DNA of 64,000 nucleotides, taken from Dicyema japonicum (Eukaryota > Animalia > Dicyemida). Where the stretch lies: positions 248,001 to 312,000 of the forward strand of contig RDEW01000014.1 in assembly GCA_011109175.1 (NCBI GenBank). Direction: 5' to 3'. How positions within the stretch are numbered: position 1 is the first letter of the stretch; the number at the start of each line of letters is the position of its first letter. Both the position numbers and the translations under genes were made by a program. Of the stretch, positions 26,170-38,574 are shown piece by piece. The notes beneath the pieces are model-generated. The model saw nothing but the letters and a program-made list of their open reading frames with translations, was not told the DNA's origin and ran no database searches.

Positions 26170-27090
26170 TCTGGCTGATGAGAATTGACTTTCGCTGAAT
26201 TCACGTCCAACCGCCGCCAACTAAATTTTCAACCAATTTTAACAATTCATGGACAACCACTCACCGTTACGAAACATCCCAAAATACTTGGAGTTAATTA
26301 TGACCAACTACTAACTTTCTCTAAACATGTGGAGGAACAATGTACAAAGGCTTCTCACAAGATCAACATACTTAAAGCTGTGTCAGGTCATTCCTTTGGC
26401 CAAAGCAAAGAAGCCCTAACCATCATAAACAATTCATTCGAACAACTATTAACTATGCAAGCCCTTGCTGGTCAACCACTGCCTCTCTTACTTTATTGAC
26501 AAACTACAAAAAGTACAAAACATCCCGCTCAGGATAATTACTGAATGTCTCAGATCAACTCCTGGCGATCATCTACATTGGGAGTCAAAGATCCTTCCAA
26601 TTGGAGACCATCTGGAAATGAGAGCCCTGCAGTTCCTCTCCCAAGCCTACAGTCTAAAACATTCCTGCCACTCCATATGCAAGCCGCAAAACAAAAGGAA
26701 AATTATTATGACAACCAGTGACCTGTCTGGAAAGTTATCCATTCCTTCCATCCCCAATGACAGGAGTCGTCTGAAACAGAGCTACGAGAAGCATCCGAAG
26801 ACTCGGAGACAATAAAATATTACAGCGACCCCCTCCTCCAATAGACCAATCAGAATCCTCTCTTTCTAGGGACGTGCGAGTAAACCTGGCTCGTCTACGA
26901 TGTGGGCACCACCCATATCTACCAGCTTATGATGTGCTCTGCCCCTTTTGCAACCTCCTCGTGCAGACAACAAATCACCTATTTCAATGTGATGAATTGG
27001 CACAACATTTCTCCACAATGCCGGAACTGACCGATCTATGTGAGCGACCAACATCTGCTGCGTACTACTTAATAGCTGCTGACTCACTTG
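26170..27090 (+). mobile_element. Jockey/I-like LINE ORF2 C-terminal fragment
   Basis: PKILGVNYDQLLTFSKHV, KLQKVQN..LRIIT, ARLRCGHHP..CPFC..HLFQC. Confidence 0.8.
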
Positions 27091-27139
27091 ACCCAGCTAT
27101 AAAGGTGCCGTGCATTCGCATAAGGATACGCTCTCTTAG

Positions 27140-28230
27140 TTAGACTACTCCACACACTCCACAGCCGAATTTATCACGGGGTAAATATAGTCTCTCCTTA
27201 TTGGCTGCCAGCACATAGAAATGGTTCTCTTTGGGTACTCCACGGATCATAGCATCCATCTCATCATACTCCACAACACCTATGTAGTAGTTTAGAAGCG
27301 AGACAGCATACTCATTTAATGCTAGGAACAAATTCCTTGCATTTAGAAACATCTTACATAACTACGTTGCTCTTCTACGAATGCCTTTAGTAAATGTCGC
27401 TTTGTCTCAGACGTGTTAGTCGCAGACTTTGAATAATTCAAATCTAGTCCTATACTCTCAAAGAATTCCCTGGCACATACTTCCATGGAGTAGAGCTTCT
27501 CGCTGTTCGAGCATACATTTTCAGGTCATGCATAAAAAGAAGGTGATTCGCACTGAAACAAACACCCTCACAATGAACTGGTATTTGCTCAAACCGGTCA
27601 TTGAGGCGGCGAATGCTATCCCCCTGAAGGTTCCCCCTCTTGAGTTTTACCTCGCCAATCAGGTGCCTATTATAGTTCAGATGAATACTCCACCTACTCA
27701 TCACAGCCACTACAAAGCTGATGAACCACACAGGCACACACAGCTTGTGTAGGCACTCGACAAGGTAAGAATGATCAACTGATTCGTAAGCCTTCTTCAC
27801 ATCCACCCACATAGACAAAAGTGGGTTTCAGTGAGACACAGAAAGGCACTTGTTGATCAAAGCCTTCTTTTTTGCTTCCTGACAATTTCGCACAGTACCC
27901 AACTGATCCTCGGAAAGAATCCCATTTGCTTCTACAAAGCTCTTGACCTCATTCACCACCAATTTGGTCATCAGCTTATACAGGGTTGGTATGCAGGTAA
28001 TCGGTCCATAATCTGCAGCAGACTGAGGGTTGTCCAGTTTTGGGATCAAATAAGTTGTTTTGGTGCAGGCCCAATCAGGAATCGTTTCCGGGTTAGTGAT
28101 GCTTTTCTGTAATACACGACACATAGACACTTGCAATGAAGTGCATCTTTTGATAAAGAAATTATAAACTTTATCTACCCCGGTCGTTTTCCAATCAGGG
28201 AGATGTCTCATTACTGCCTCAAATTTCTAG
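27140..28230 (-). mobile_element. R4/Dong-like RT fragment
   Basis: LPDWKTTGVD, TYLIPK, PITCIPTLYKL, WVDVKKAYESVDH, LQGDS, HLLFMHDLK, ALNEYAVS. Confidence 0.85.
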
Positions 28231-28313
28231 CGGAAATCGAAAATTCCATTTTTATAAGTTTTAAACAATTTTAAAAAACATATGAATTTTTGACTTTATT
28301 GACAAAAATCGCC

Positions 28314-28680
28314 CTACTGATCAGACTTCTTGGCGGCTGGACATCCACCATATCCGGCACAGTGTGAGGACGAGCCACAATTTATGCAATTCATTGTGTT
28401 CCCAAGAGTCTCTCGACACGCAGTCAGGTTATGTTCACCTGCGCAACGGAGACATCTTGTTTTCTCCCTACGGAAGGAGGATATGTGTCCATAGCGTTGG
28501 CAGTTTAAACACCTCAGTGGGCCTCTTCTGTACGATTCACATGTAATTTCCTTTTCTGCCAACTCAGAGAGGTTGTAAAAGGACCAGAGGAAATCTTTCT
28601 CATCATCCAGTTTATGTAAGTAGATAGAGAGGAGTTGTGTCCACATCATAGACGAACCAGGTTTATCCGGATACCCTTAG
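28314..28680 (-). mobile_element. LINE ORF1 (gag-like) fragment with three CCHC knuckles
   Basis: RCLNCQRYGH, CLRCAGEH, CINCGSSSH.AGYGGCP; same family as about 40430-40620. Confidence 0.85.
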
Positions 28681-28699
28681 AAGAGAGGATTCCAATTGG

Positions 28700-29225
28700 T
28701 CGATTGGAGGAGGTGTACGAAAGTATTTATTGTAATCGAGTTATCGGATGGCTCTTGTGGAAACAAAATCGTGTATCTATTTCAAACGATCGTTCAAGAT
28801 CAAGATCGTGTCTCTCAAGGATCGTCCCCTTCTCTATCATTTTTTAATTTATTCTTAAACGACTTACCCCTTCTGGAGGGCTTGATTCAACGCTTCTAAC
28901 AAATGCTGACAATTTAATTATTGCAAGTCGAAGCAGATACGCGGATATGTAAAATCAGAACTTCAATCACACTTAAACGACCCGAAGGCTTGGCTGATTT
29001 CGAACCAGCCATAACAACAGCGCAATTCCGCCATATATATAATCGGCTCTTAAAGTCGACGATGGAGTATGCCTGTTCCTCCTGGGTTCATAGAATTTAC
29101 CAGCCTTTCCGTGGCCATCGGTAACTTTATTTATTTAATAATTGATAACCTTATCACTAGGCTATTAAAGGTCGGACGGGCACTACGTGTTTCCTGAGTT
29201 GGGTGGATCCCATGACGCCTATAAA
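28700..29225. mobile_element. LINE RT fragments (+) and a partial pseudoknot repeat copy (-, about 29165-29219)
   Basis: QGSSPSLSFFNLFLNDLP and LKSTMEYACSSW on plus; GGCGTCATGGGATCCACC on minus followed by a TAAA tail. Confidence 0.6.
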
Positions 29226-30353
29226 GTTTTTGGTATCTGGATTGAAATTTAACTGAGTTGGTAAAATTTATAAAACCAACAAATTCTGTCCCCAAAATAG
29301 AAATATTTCCCACTAAAATAACTAATAAAAGTTTAATTATTCATTTATTAGTTCGTTTTTGTATTATTTTGACTGTGTCGTTGTGCTTTGGCAAAATCTT
29401 TTCTAGCTTGTTAAGAATTGAAGATTTCGGAACTTTTCTCAGCACGTTAAGGCATTTTTGGAGATAAAGATTTCCTATTCTGTGACGCCTATACATCAAC
29501 TCGAAGTAATTCGCCGTGGCCATCTACTGTAATTTATAAATTCCGAACCATTATAAATTTTCTGGCATTATTAATCAAGTTTCTTGTGTTTATTTTTGTC
29601 CCCTCATAATTTGGATTTATCAACTTTTGTAAATTGTGGTTGAAGTGCTGATATTTCTCCGCCTATAAAGTCATCTTATCAGCCACCTATTTTTTCAACA
29701 TTACTGTGCTTCATTCTGGTTGATAAAAATAATAATTACTTTTTCAACTCATCACGTCTTCCGTTTTTTCTTGTTTGTCTTTAACTTTTCACGAGATTCA
29801 GAGTGACTCAAATTTGTTTCATTGCTCAGAATTCTGTCCAAATTAAAGTTCATTCTACAAATAAAAATAATTCAATTTATTTATATGTTGGAATGTCTAT
29901 TGTCTATTTTTAATAACGAAACTAATATGAACTTTTAAACTTCTTTAATTAACAAGTAAATGACATTAGTCAAGTGATTAATAGGTCGGAAGGTTGAGGA
30001 GGTGACGCACTTCTCTTGTAAGGAATGTCTATTTAGCTTTTTTCTACTTCCCGTGACTATGGACGAGGTTACGGACTGTGAAGAAATTATAATGGAAATA
30101 AAAAAATCGTAAATTGTGGATTGAAGTCCGAGGTTACGGACTGTGATGACTGCAAAGTCCAAAACATCAGGTTTTACATAAACGCGAAGAAGACTGTAGG
30201 GTATCAAGTAAACTAATAACACCCACTTTTTGGAGCTCTTAGAGATAACAACTTAAAGAATCTGTTTTTGTTTTAGTAATGATTATGCAAAATTATAGAC
30301 ATTAATAATGCCAATATAACCGTATAAGTGATAAAACATGAAATTTAGTAAGG

Positions 30354-31686
30354 TTACTCAAGAAAATCCCATCTCCAGATTGAGGCATCATCAGACACTG
30401 CTATAATAGACTTCTCATCATTAGAAAATACGGTTTGACGAATAAGAGAGCTGTTGTTGCACGGATTCGACAGGAACCTGGATCTGTAACAATAAACTAA
30501 ACAGGGTCACTCAGAATTAGAAAAGTCGTTTAAATTCCAAATCCTTATCCCGCCATTTTGATCTCCAATACATAGTTTACCATAATCCGGATCAATGGAG
30601 AACCGAATGTACCAAATATTGTTATTATAGACTTCAAATGAAAATATTTAGTAGTCGAGCCAAGTGGTACCTCCAACGTGCTGACCAAAAGGTTACATGC
30701 CGTATAATTTGGTCGCCACATTACAATTCGGTCCTCACATGACTGAAATCAATCCGCAATTTACTTTTGATAAAACGAGATTTCCAAACCAGCGAACACA
30801 GTCGACGTAATTGTGATGAATATTTCTTGTAGTAAAGTCGGGGAAATGCACCAAAATGGTCTTAGGTGGTCTATCAATCAGTATAGGCTTACTCGAGCAC
30901 GTGGATTTAAGTCATGTAAATCTGAATGGCTGATTCAATTTTGGATTTATTAAGAAACCAAATCTTTATCGAATGGTCACACCCACCAGATATTAATCTA
31001 GTATCGTCCAGACTAATATCCTTAGGTAAACATCTTGACTTACACATGTGAGGACTTCGTCCCTGTGACCTCCTATTCCCCCGAATTTGGCCACACAGAC
31101 CAATGTGGAGACATTCCATAACATCAACGTGTGGTCCAAAATTAAAAATTATAGTACCTCTGGAAGCCGAAATCAGAAAACGAGAATCGACATGGAAAAA
31201 CTTCAACTCGTTCACGGATCCCCCATGTCCTATCAAAGCCTATTATATAAATGTGTCTCAACTTTAATCTTATCTCCACCATTCAGGTGAACTATTCGAA
31301 CAATCCCTTTTAGACCAGCTGCAGCCACTATGGGTTCACCAGTTTCAGCGTCATAGCTCCAAGCACACGTGTAAAAATTTTCATCTTTCTGAAAATTGAA
31401 ATCTAAGAGAATACGTCTTCATCCTGATAGACTGCTAAAACATCGATTTTTTTATTTCCATTATTTTGATAAATTGAAATCTATAAATGTTATAAAAAGT
31501 ATAAAAAATAAATAAAATACCCGGTTATGACCGACAGTGGCGAAGTAGCCGTCGTTACTGAGCGGGTTCATTGAGATGCCCAATAGTCCTTTTTATGATC
31601 CTCCTTATTTATTAAATGAGTTTCTGTACTTGTAAATAACAAGAAAATTCTATTTTTGCATTCTCCAATAATCTATGTTTTTTCAT
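30354..31686 (-). CDS. EED: Polycomb protein EED/ESC (PRC2 WD40 subunit)
   Basis: [69 protein letters not shown]; short introns (one of 40 nt at 31481-31520); homopolymer frameshift near 31590. Confidence 0.93.
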
Positions 31687-31818
31687 TGTTGAGTATCAGC
31701 GTTTTAAGATGAATATAATTCGTTATTTGATAGAACAACCAAAATCTAAAAAATATTTATTAAAAACAAAAAATTATTTTAAATTGATTAAATAAAATAT
31801 TAATTGTGAGGTGCACTC

Positions 31819-32900
31819 AATGGCACTTGGCTACAATCGCAGGATTTCTTGCTCTAAATATGCAATTGCCGACAGGGAAAGCATGGATATTAAGTCCCTC
31901 AAGGACACTCAGAGGAAATATTTATTAAATAAAATTTATTGCAGAACACTACACTCAATTATGTTCAAATGTATTGATGAAACAAATGTCGACCTATCTA
32001 CTTCTTCGGAATGGTTATCCAAGAGAAATAACGGTCCACGGAGCGAAGCACTGTACTATCTTTTGCAAGATAGGAATTTGTTTTTTGCACACATGGGGTC
32101 ATTATGCAACCATTGTAAAAAATGCAAGAAAATTGTTGATCATTGGCCACTCAGTGTGGTAAAATGCTAAATAGTGATTATCTCCGAAAACATAATGAAG
32201 TGGTGAAGTGCATCCATCTTTGTCGAATTTATGGAATCAAAAGAAGCAGGAAATTGAAAGGACATTCGGTTCAGTCAATATTGACCAATCAAAATGTCGA
32301 AATTAGAGTTGACACGTCGATTTTGACAGAAACAAAATTCCAATACAATAAACCTGATATTTTCGTGTATGACAAAATAAAGAAGGAAGTAACGTTAATT
32401 GAAGTGGGGATTACCTCACAAGACCGACTAAAGCAAGTTGAAGTTGAGAAACTTCACAAATATGACTTGCTAGCAAATGAACTTTCGCTGCTCTATGAAT
32501 GCCAAGTGAAGATTATTCCAGTGGTTTTGACATGGGGTGGAGTTGTCTCAAGATGCTTCAAGAATCATATGGATAAATTATCTATTGATGAATCAACGAG
32601 GACTTACATCCAATCGGTTGTGCTAAAGAGAACGCTCGAAAGTATGCTCATTGAACATAAGCATAGTATGAAGGTATACGATGAAGAGTACGCCTTTGCT
32701 ACCTCCCAACTTGTGGAACTGGCATGCCGTGAGGACAGCCCACTGGACTCTAACGGAGATATTTTGACTGAATCTGATGGGGAGTAACAGGGAGTTTATG
32801 GCACACTCTTCTTCTAAGAGAAGAGTGCTTACCAACAATCTGGATCAAAATCCGCTTAATTAGTTAATTTACTCGTTATAAACAATAATATTTTTAAATT
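31819..32900 (+). mobile_element. 5'-truncated R4/Dong-like retrotransposon with 12-bp TSD
   Basis: CCHC-like region plus REL NKPDIFVYDK..LIEVGITSQD..EKLHKY; TGAGGTGCACTC directly repeated at 31807-31818 and 32901-32912. Confidence 0.9.
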
Positions 32901-33399
32901 TGAGGTGCACTCTATTTCACTCTACATCTAGGAAACCCATTTAGAGAGAGGGCGGTTTATGCGGAGGAATTCAGATCGACATTAAAAATGTGCAATTCGA
33001 CAGAATTCCTCTGCAGAAATAAAAGAAAAACTTAAGGAACACTGTTGGTTCACTGGCGGAACATTCGAAGAGAATTCGAGAGATGTTGTAGGCTGTGATC
33101 ACTTAATTTAGCGAGTCAATACTTTCTTTTTTGGTGGTCTTGGAGTTTTAAAATAAAATAAATAATCTATATTCTACATCAATGGTCCCCAGATTATTTT
33201 CGTCGCTGGATTCTACAAGAGAAGGTTTAACGCGGTTCGTTAATGATCTTAAGTAAGTTGAGTAATTGATGTCACGGTTGAGGTGGTGACGTACCTTCAT
33301 TGCAACAAATGTCACTTCATAATGAATGAAAACCTTTGTCTTAGCAAACACGAACGAGGGAGGTGACCAACTAGATACACGTCCCAAATCAGAAGTTCT

Positions 33400-35520
33400 G
33401 GTCTTCTATCTCATCAATGACCTTTTTCAAATCACTCTTGTCAAATTTTGTCACTTGATCCACCACCTACGCATGGGCTACTGGTTACATTTTGATGGTT
33501 TCTAACCTTGAACCTTCAACTAATTTTAATTCGATGTTTTGATTGTTCCTTTTTCTTCCACCTGGTATGTTTCAGGGTGTCTAGGAAGTTTTTGAAACCG
33601 CAATCTTCTTGGATTTGCCCAGACTGTCAGAGACCCAAAAAATTTGATCTCCTTGCTGGATTTACTAAATCCCTCAATATGTCTGACCTTGTTTCCGTAT
33701 CGTCAATCGATCACGACCCTGTTTCTTATTGCGTCGAGGTTACGAGTACAGAGGCGTATTCCTTTGAGGATCCCAAGGTCCGTGATGACGACTGAGACTC
33801 TTGCTATTGACATGGCTAACTAGTCTTTGGAGACCATGGATTGGATTTCCTTATTTCTCTTTCTCCCTAATCGCACGTGCATTGGATTCTAATTTTCGAT
33901 GGGTTTCTACCCCTACAATCCTTATGAAACATATTCAGTCGTTTGCGGATGAAAATCTTTATTCTCTCTCTCGAGAGAACCTTATCATGGAAACATAAGT
34001 ATTCTTTTGGGAATGCGGTTGCTGCCAAGCTAATAGATGGAGACGTCGGGCAGCAGTTAGGATTTTGTTTTAAACCGAGACCGTCTATTTTCTGCCCTAT
34101 TGTTTCCCTTCTCGAAGCCTGGTGGCGGAGTCAGGCCTATTGGTGTTGGAAGTCTATTCCGGCCACTTGCTTCAAAAATTTCGTGCTGGAGTGTCAAGAT
34201 GATCAGTCTTCTAAACTGAAACCTGTATAACTCAGAGTGGACGTTTCCGGGGGGTGCGAATTGGTCATTCATGCCGCTCGTTCCTTTGTGAACAATTGTA
34301 GAGGATAACCCTGGATTATTGTCAAGTTGGACTTTGTCAACGCCTCAATCGGTGAGAAGGCTCAAGAATTATCCACATTACGAACCTCGATGCAGTACTC
34401 CAACCCATCTCTTTATTAGTGATGGACTTATTAAATCATCGACTGGGATCCAACAAGGTGATCCTTTGGTCAACTTCTTTTTTGCTTTGCAGTTGATGAG
34501 GCAGCCCGTTCGTGTGAGACGGCTTTCAATTGTTGGTATTTGGACTATGCTACGATTGGTGGATCACCCGAGTCGGTTATGAAAAGTCTATGAATACTTT
34601 TTCACACTCTTAACAGTTATGGACACGAACGGGCTGCCTCATCAACTGCAAAGCAAAAAAGAAGTTGATTAATGCGCATAAATCCGAGATTTGTAATCTG
34701 GGACTCTAGCAAGATGAATTCTTTAAATCACAATGCAGGATCATGTCTTTTCTCCCCGATGCTGCTATTACCGATAAGGAAAGCCTGATAATATTGGGCT
34801 CACCCATTTCCACGGAGATCATCCCTCATATTCTTAATAAGAAACTATCGTAGATTAGTGGAGCCACCGTTAAACTGCACGAGCTTGATCCACATACTGT
34901 TTTTTTTCTCTTTAAGAATTATCTTTTCCTTCCAAAATTATTGTTTTTGGAACGTTCTTCCCGCTACTTCTGTCCTGAAAGCCTGGAGAATTTCATATTC
35001 TATTGAAGAAATTGTGAACATAAAGTTCGATAATGTTGGATTGATGCAAGCATTCTTACCCGTCAGATTTGGGGTTTATCGGCCTAACTTTTGTTGTGGA
35101 CGTTTCCGTGACATCCTACCTGTCCTCTTTATAAAGCAACACATTCCTCATCCGAAGTATTCTTCCAGATTTCTGCAAATCCGATCATCCCCTTCTCTCT
35201 GGGGAAATGCTTGATTTGGAATGGGGCCTGCACCGACACCATTTCCGAGTCGAGACTTGCTGGTTCTGCGTTGAAAGTTGAGGAGGCTGCTCGGACTTTC
35301 GAAAATTTCAAGATAAAAAAATACGACAGCCTATCCACCAGATTCCATGTACAGCCCGTTGTAGAGATGAGTCTTCGAGCCCAAGACGGTCTCTTTTCTA
35401 AGATTACTTGAATCAATGATATCGAAAGTGAGAAATGAGAGTCGGGAAACCGAGTGGCTGTTTCAAAGGATTTCTCTGGCAATAGTCAAGGGAAACAGCA
35501 ATTCCATCATATCATCTTGA
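33400..35520 (+). mobile_element. CRE-clade retrotransposon, degenerate, with N-terminal PHD finger
   Basis: CFDC.FFFHLVC..WICPDC; GGVRPIGVG; VKLDFVNA; SSTGIQQGDPL; KKYDSL; WLFQRISLAIVKGN. Confidence 0.85.
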
Positions 35521-36686
35521 TTATTTTGTTATCTTGTTGCATAATAAATTGTTTTTTTTTAATTTTAATCTATCAATTTTTTAGTCAAGACAATTATTTA
35601 ACGCAAAAATTAACTGTGAACAACTAATGGCTGCTCTCATAATTGAGAACGCATTTTCCCTGATGATTTGCAAGGAAATACGGTTCTTTTTCAATACATG
35701 CTTCACGAAATAAGGCTCTAAATGAATTAATGAAATTTTTTTTAATACTAGATCTAAAAATAAAAAAATGAACAATTCCGAATTTGTAAATATTATTATA
35801 AATTTTTTTAAATAAAATTTTGAATTTTTTACCGGCTTGTGGGGATGAGTGATAAAGTTGTTATGCGAAAATATTCAAAGCTGAAGGACTACGAACTACC
35901 ACATTCTGAAATGGAGTCAGTTGTCTTTCTTCAGTAGGTTGGAATTTCCTTAAGGAAAAGAAATGCCTTAAAAGACATCTTATGACCCTTCTCCATCAGC
36001 GGGAGAATACAACATGGGTGTGCGATAAAAACAGGTGTCGAAATTATAGTTCTGTCAGAAACGGTATAATAAGATAGTACTTTATTTTTAGGACCGTGGC
36101 TGGAGGGCACGACAGTTTCGTTACAACCTGTATTCATTTCATATATACAGGTGCACATACGCAGACTGTTGAGAGGTTCACATAAAAATTAAATAGGAAA
36201 ATTTAGAATGTGGGAAGCGTAAAATGCCGCAATAAAACAAAGAGGTATCGCGCGTCACTTCATGGGTTCATATTTTTCAGGTATTAAATACTCCGAGTTA
36301 TTTTGTAGAATTTTTATGAGATGGCAAGTGAGTCAATTGGAAAACTCCTTCGATGAATTAATAGATGCGATCGTTTCGACATTGTCCACCGAACATCACG
36401 CTGCGTAGAAACAAGTGACTTATTTTTGTAATAATGACTTTTTTCGCTAAGGTAATGATTATAAGCATCTATATGAAGCCCACAACGGTGTCTTCTTAGG
36501 TAGGGAGTCGTTAATAGCTCAGCTTTGACTTTGTCGGTATAGTTTTAACACCACTAAGTCGTAAAGATTTAGCAATTTATTTAAAAAATTTTATAATAAT
36601 ATTTACAAATTCGGCATTGTTCAATTTTTTTAATTTTTTCATTAATTCATTAAAAAATTCATTAATTCATTTAGAGCTTTATTTCG

Positions 36687-37022
36687 AAAAAATATAGCCG
36701 CGTGGCGTCATGTGGTGCTGCGTGGTTAACTGGTTGAAGTTTACTGCTTGCTTGTCTGTTCCTCCTCTCCCTTCCTATTAGAGTGGCGTCATGTGATCCA
36801 CCTGTCTAGGTGACGCCTAGTGCCAGGCCGGCACGAAAAAGGATCATTTGCTCTTCCCCACTCCACTGGAGGGGTTTCCACAACTGCATGTAATGAACGT
36901 CTTACCCTTTATGCTGATTCCGGATGGACTCTGTTTCTGTAGAAGTGGAAACTGGATACACTTAATTAGTTGTTTACTTTAACTTTTTTCTCGGTGTATC
37001 CGGGGTTAATAAATTAAATTAA
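36687..37022 (+). mobile_element. SINE-like retroposon containing an HDV-like pseudoknot, inserted in the Merlin right TIR
   Basis: TSD AGAGCTTTATTTCG/AGAGCCTTATTTTG (36673-36686, 37023-37036; 12/14); LINE-type tail CGGGGTTAATAAATTAAA; other copies at 260, 45558, 47759 and 63891. Confidence 0.8.
36785..36846 (+). ncRNA. Candidate HDV-like ribozyme fold
   Basis: P1 GGCGTC/GACGCC, P2 TGATCC/GGATCA, P3 ACC/GGT, P4 TGCC/GGCA, J4/2 CGAAAAA in HDV order; L3 and P1.1 are non-canonical. Confidence 0.5.
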
Positions 37023-38574
37023 AGAGCCTTATTTTGTGAAGCATGTATTGCAAAAGTCCTGGAAATACGCTCAATGAGCCAGCTCCTTTCTCTCTTGTAA
37101 TTTTTCTTCTTCGCAATGAGCGATCCGATTATGTTTAGCAGAACACGTTTAAAACTACCTCAACTAGATTATTGATAAATATTAATTGTTTCTGGAGCTG
37201 GATGGCATGGAGACTCGAACTTATCTAATGAATCTCTTTTAACTCGAACCTATTAGCTTTGTAATAATTCTTCAATCGGTTTTACGTGAATTCTCAATTG
37301 GTTCTAGAGTCGAAAAATTCTTTGAATTTTCCATGTGCTCCGGAGTCGAACAATTTCAAAGACTGTTAAGATCCATTTGAAATTTTTATTCATTTTCGAT
37401 AATCTTTTCAAAACTATAAGATATATCAGAAATCTTTCATTGGGACAAGCAAAAACATGTTGATTATCTCTCCTCTAAAATTAAAAGAAATTAAAACCTT
37501 CAATGGATGCGAAAATTTACAACTTCAAAGTTTCGAATGACTTTTTTGATAATGTCATTCTTAACGGTAAAATCGCTGTCGTCATTCATATTCGATTTTG
37601 TTGACTCCTCCGTGTGAACACTCGTTTAGGATGTTTGCCGAGATCTCCATTTCAGTTCATTACCACAGGATATAACTAATATCTGTACATCTGAGATGCA
37701 TCCTTTTGATAATGACAAATGTACAATACCTTTTCTTAAGTATAGTAAATGAGTCTTCTTAAGTAATTTATATTTCTCTTGCCTCGTAAGATGCTAGAAA
37801 ATTTAGTTTGCAAGGTGTCTTTCAAAATTTCATATTCCGAACTATCAGAAATTCCGTAAGAAGCCACTACAGTATAATGAAACAAGCTGGAATTCTAGGA
37901 TTGCCACCATAAAAAATAAAATTATGATAATCAAAGACATTTGATTTGACATTTCATGTCAAAAAACCGTCTGCCCAGGCGCAACAGTCGGCCATGTGAC
38001 AAATTTTACTTACAAAGAAACTTCAGTTATACTGAGATCTTAAATATGGAATATCAATCTGCTGATTTCAAGAAACCAACATCAATGACGATATGATAGG
38101 AATGCTATTGCTTAATGTTCCTTGAATCGGACTGGAATTGGTTTTGTTGTACACAAGATTACGTAGTCAAATGTAAGCACGATATTGAGAGCAAATAAAT
38201 ATTCGTGATGAAAATACGCAAAGTCAGCAAAAACTCGCACTTTAAATTAATAATACACAAGACATATCAATTCTACTACTAACTAATCCTGACTATGTTG
38301 AAAAAACAGTGGATAAAGGCTCCATGGTGTTACCATGGGGATTGGAAGTGCAATTCTTTAGAGAGGTGTTGGAATAAAAATTTTATTAATATTGCAACTA
38401 AATTAGATAATTGCAGTTGTTTTGCAGTTGTCCGCGGAAACGCTTACTCCGTAATGTCAGCAGCCGCTCTTTCCCATAGTTAATAAATAATATTTTATTG
38501 TTAACTAAAACACAATTTGTTAAAAGAATCAGATAATTAATATTGCGCTACAAAAAATTTAATAAAAGCAAAAA

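Larger units (their letters stand above)
35682..37059 (+). mobile_element. Merlin (ISXO2/IS1595-like) DNA transposon derivative inserted in a CRE 3' end
   Basis: About 140-bp imperfect TIRs starting GG; TSD AGGAAATAC/TGGAAATAC (35673-35681, 37060-37068); internal WVCDKNRCRNYSSVRNG and TGAHTQTVER; flanks rejoin into a CRE sequence like that at 54420-54600. Confidence 0.75.

Noticed and set aside
36855-36910. Twister-like words (GGAGGG, AACTGC, ACCC) downstream of the pseudoknot
   Set aside because: Order and pseudoknot partners do not fit the twister consensus
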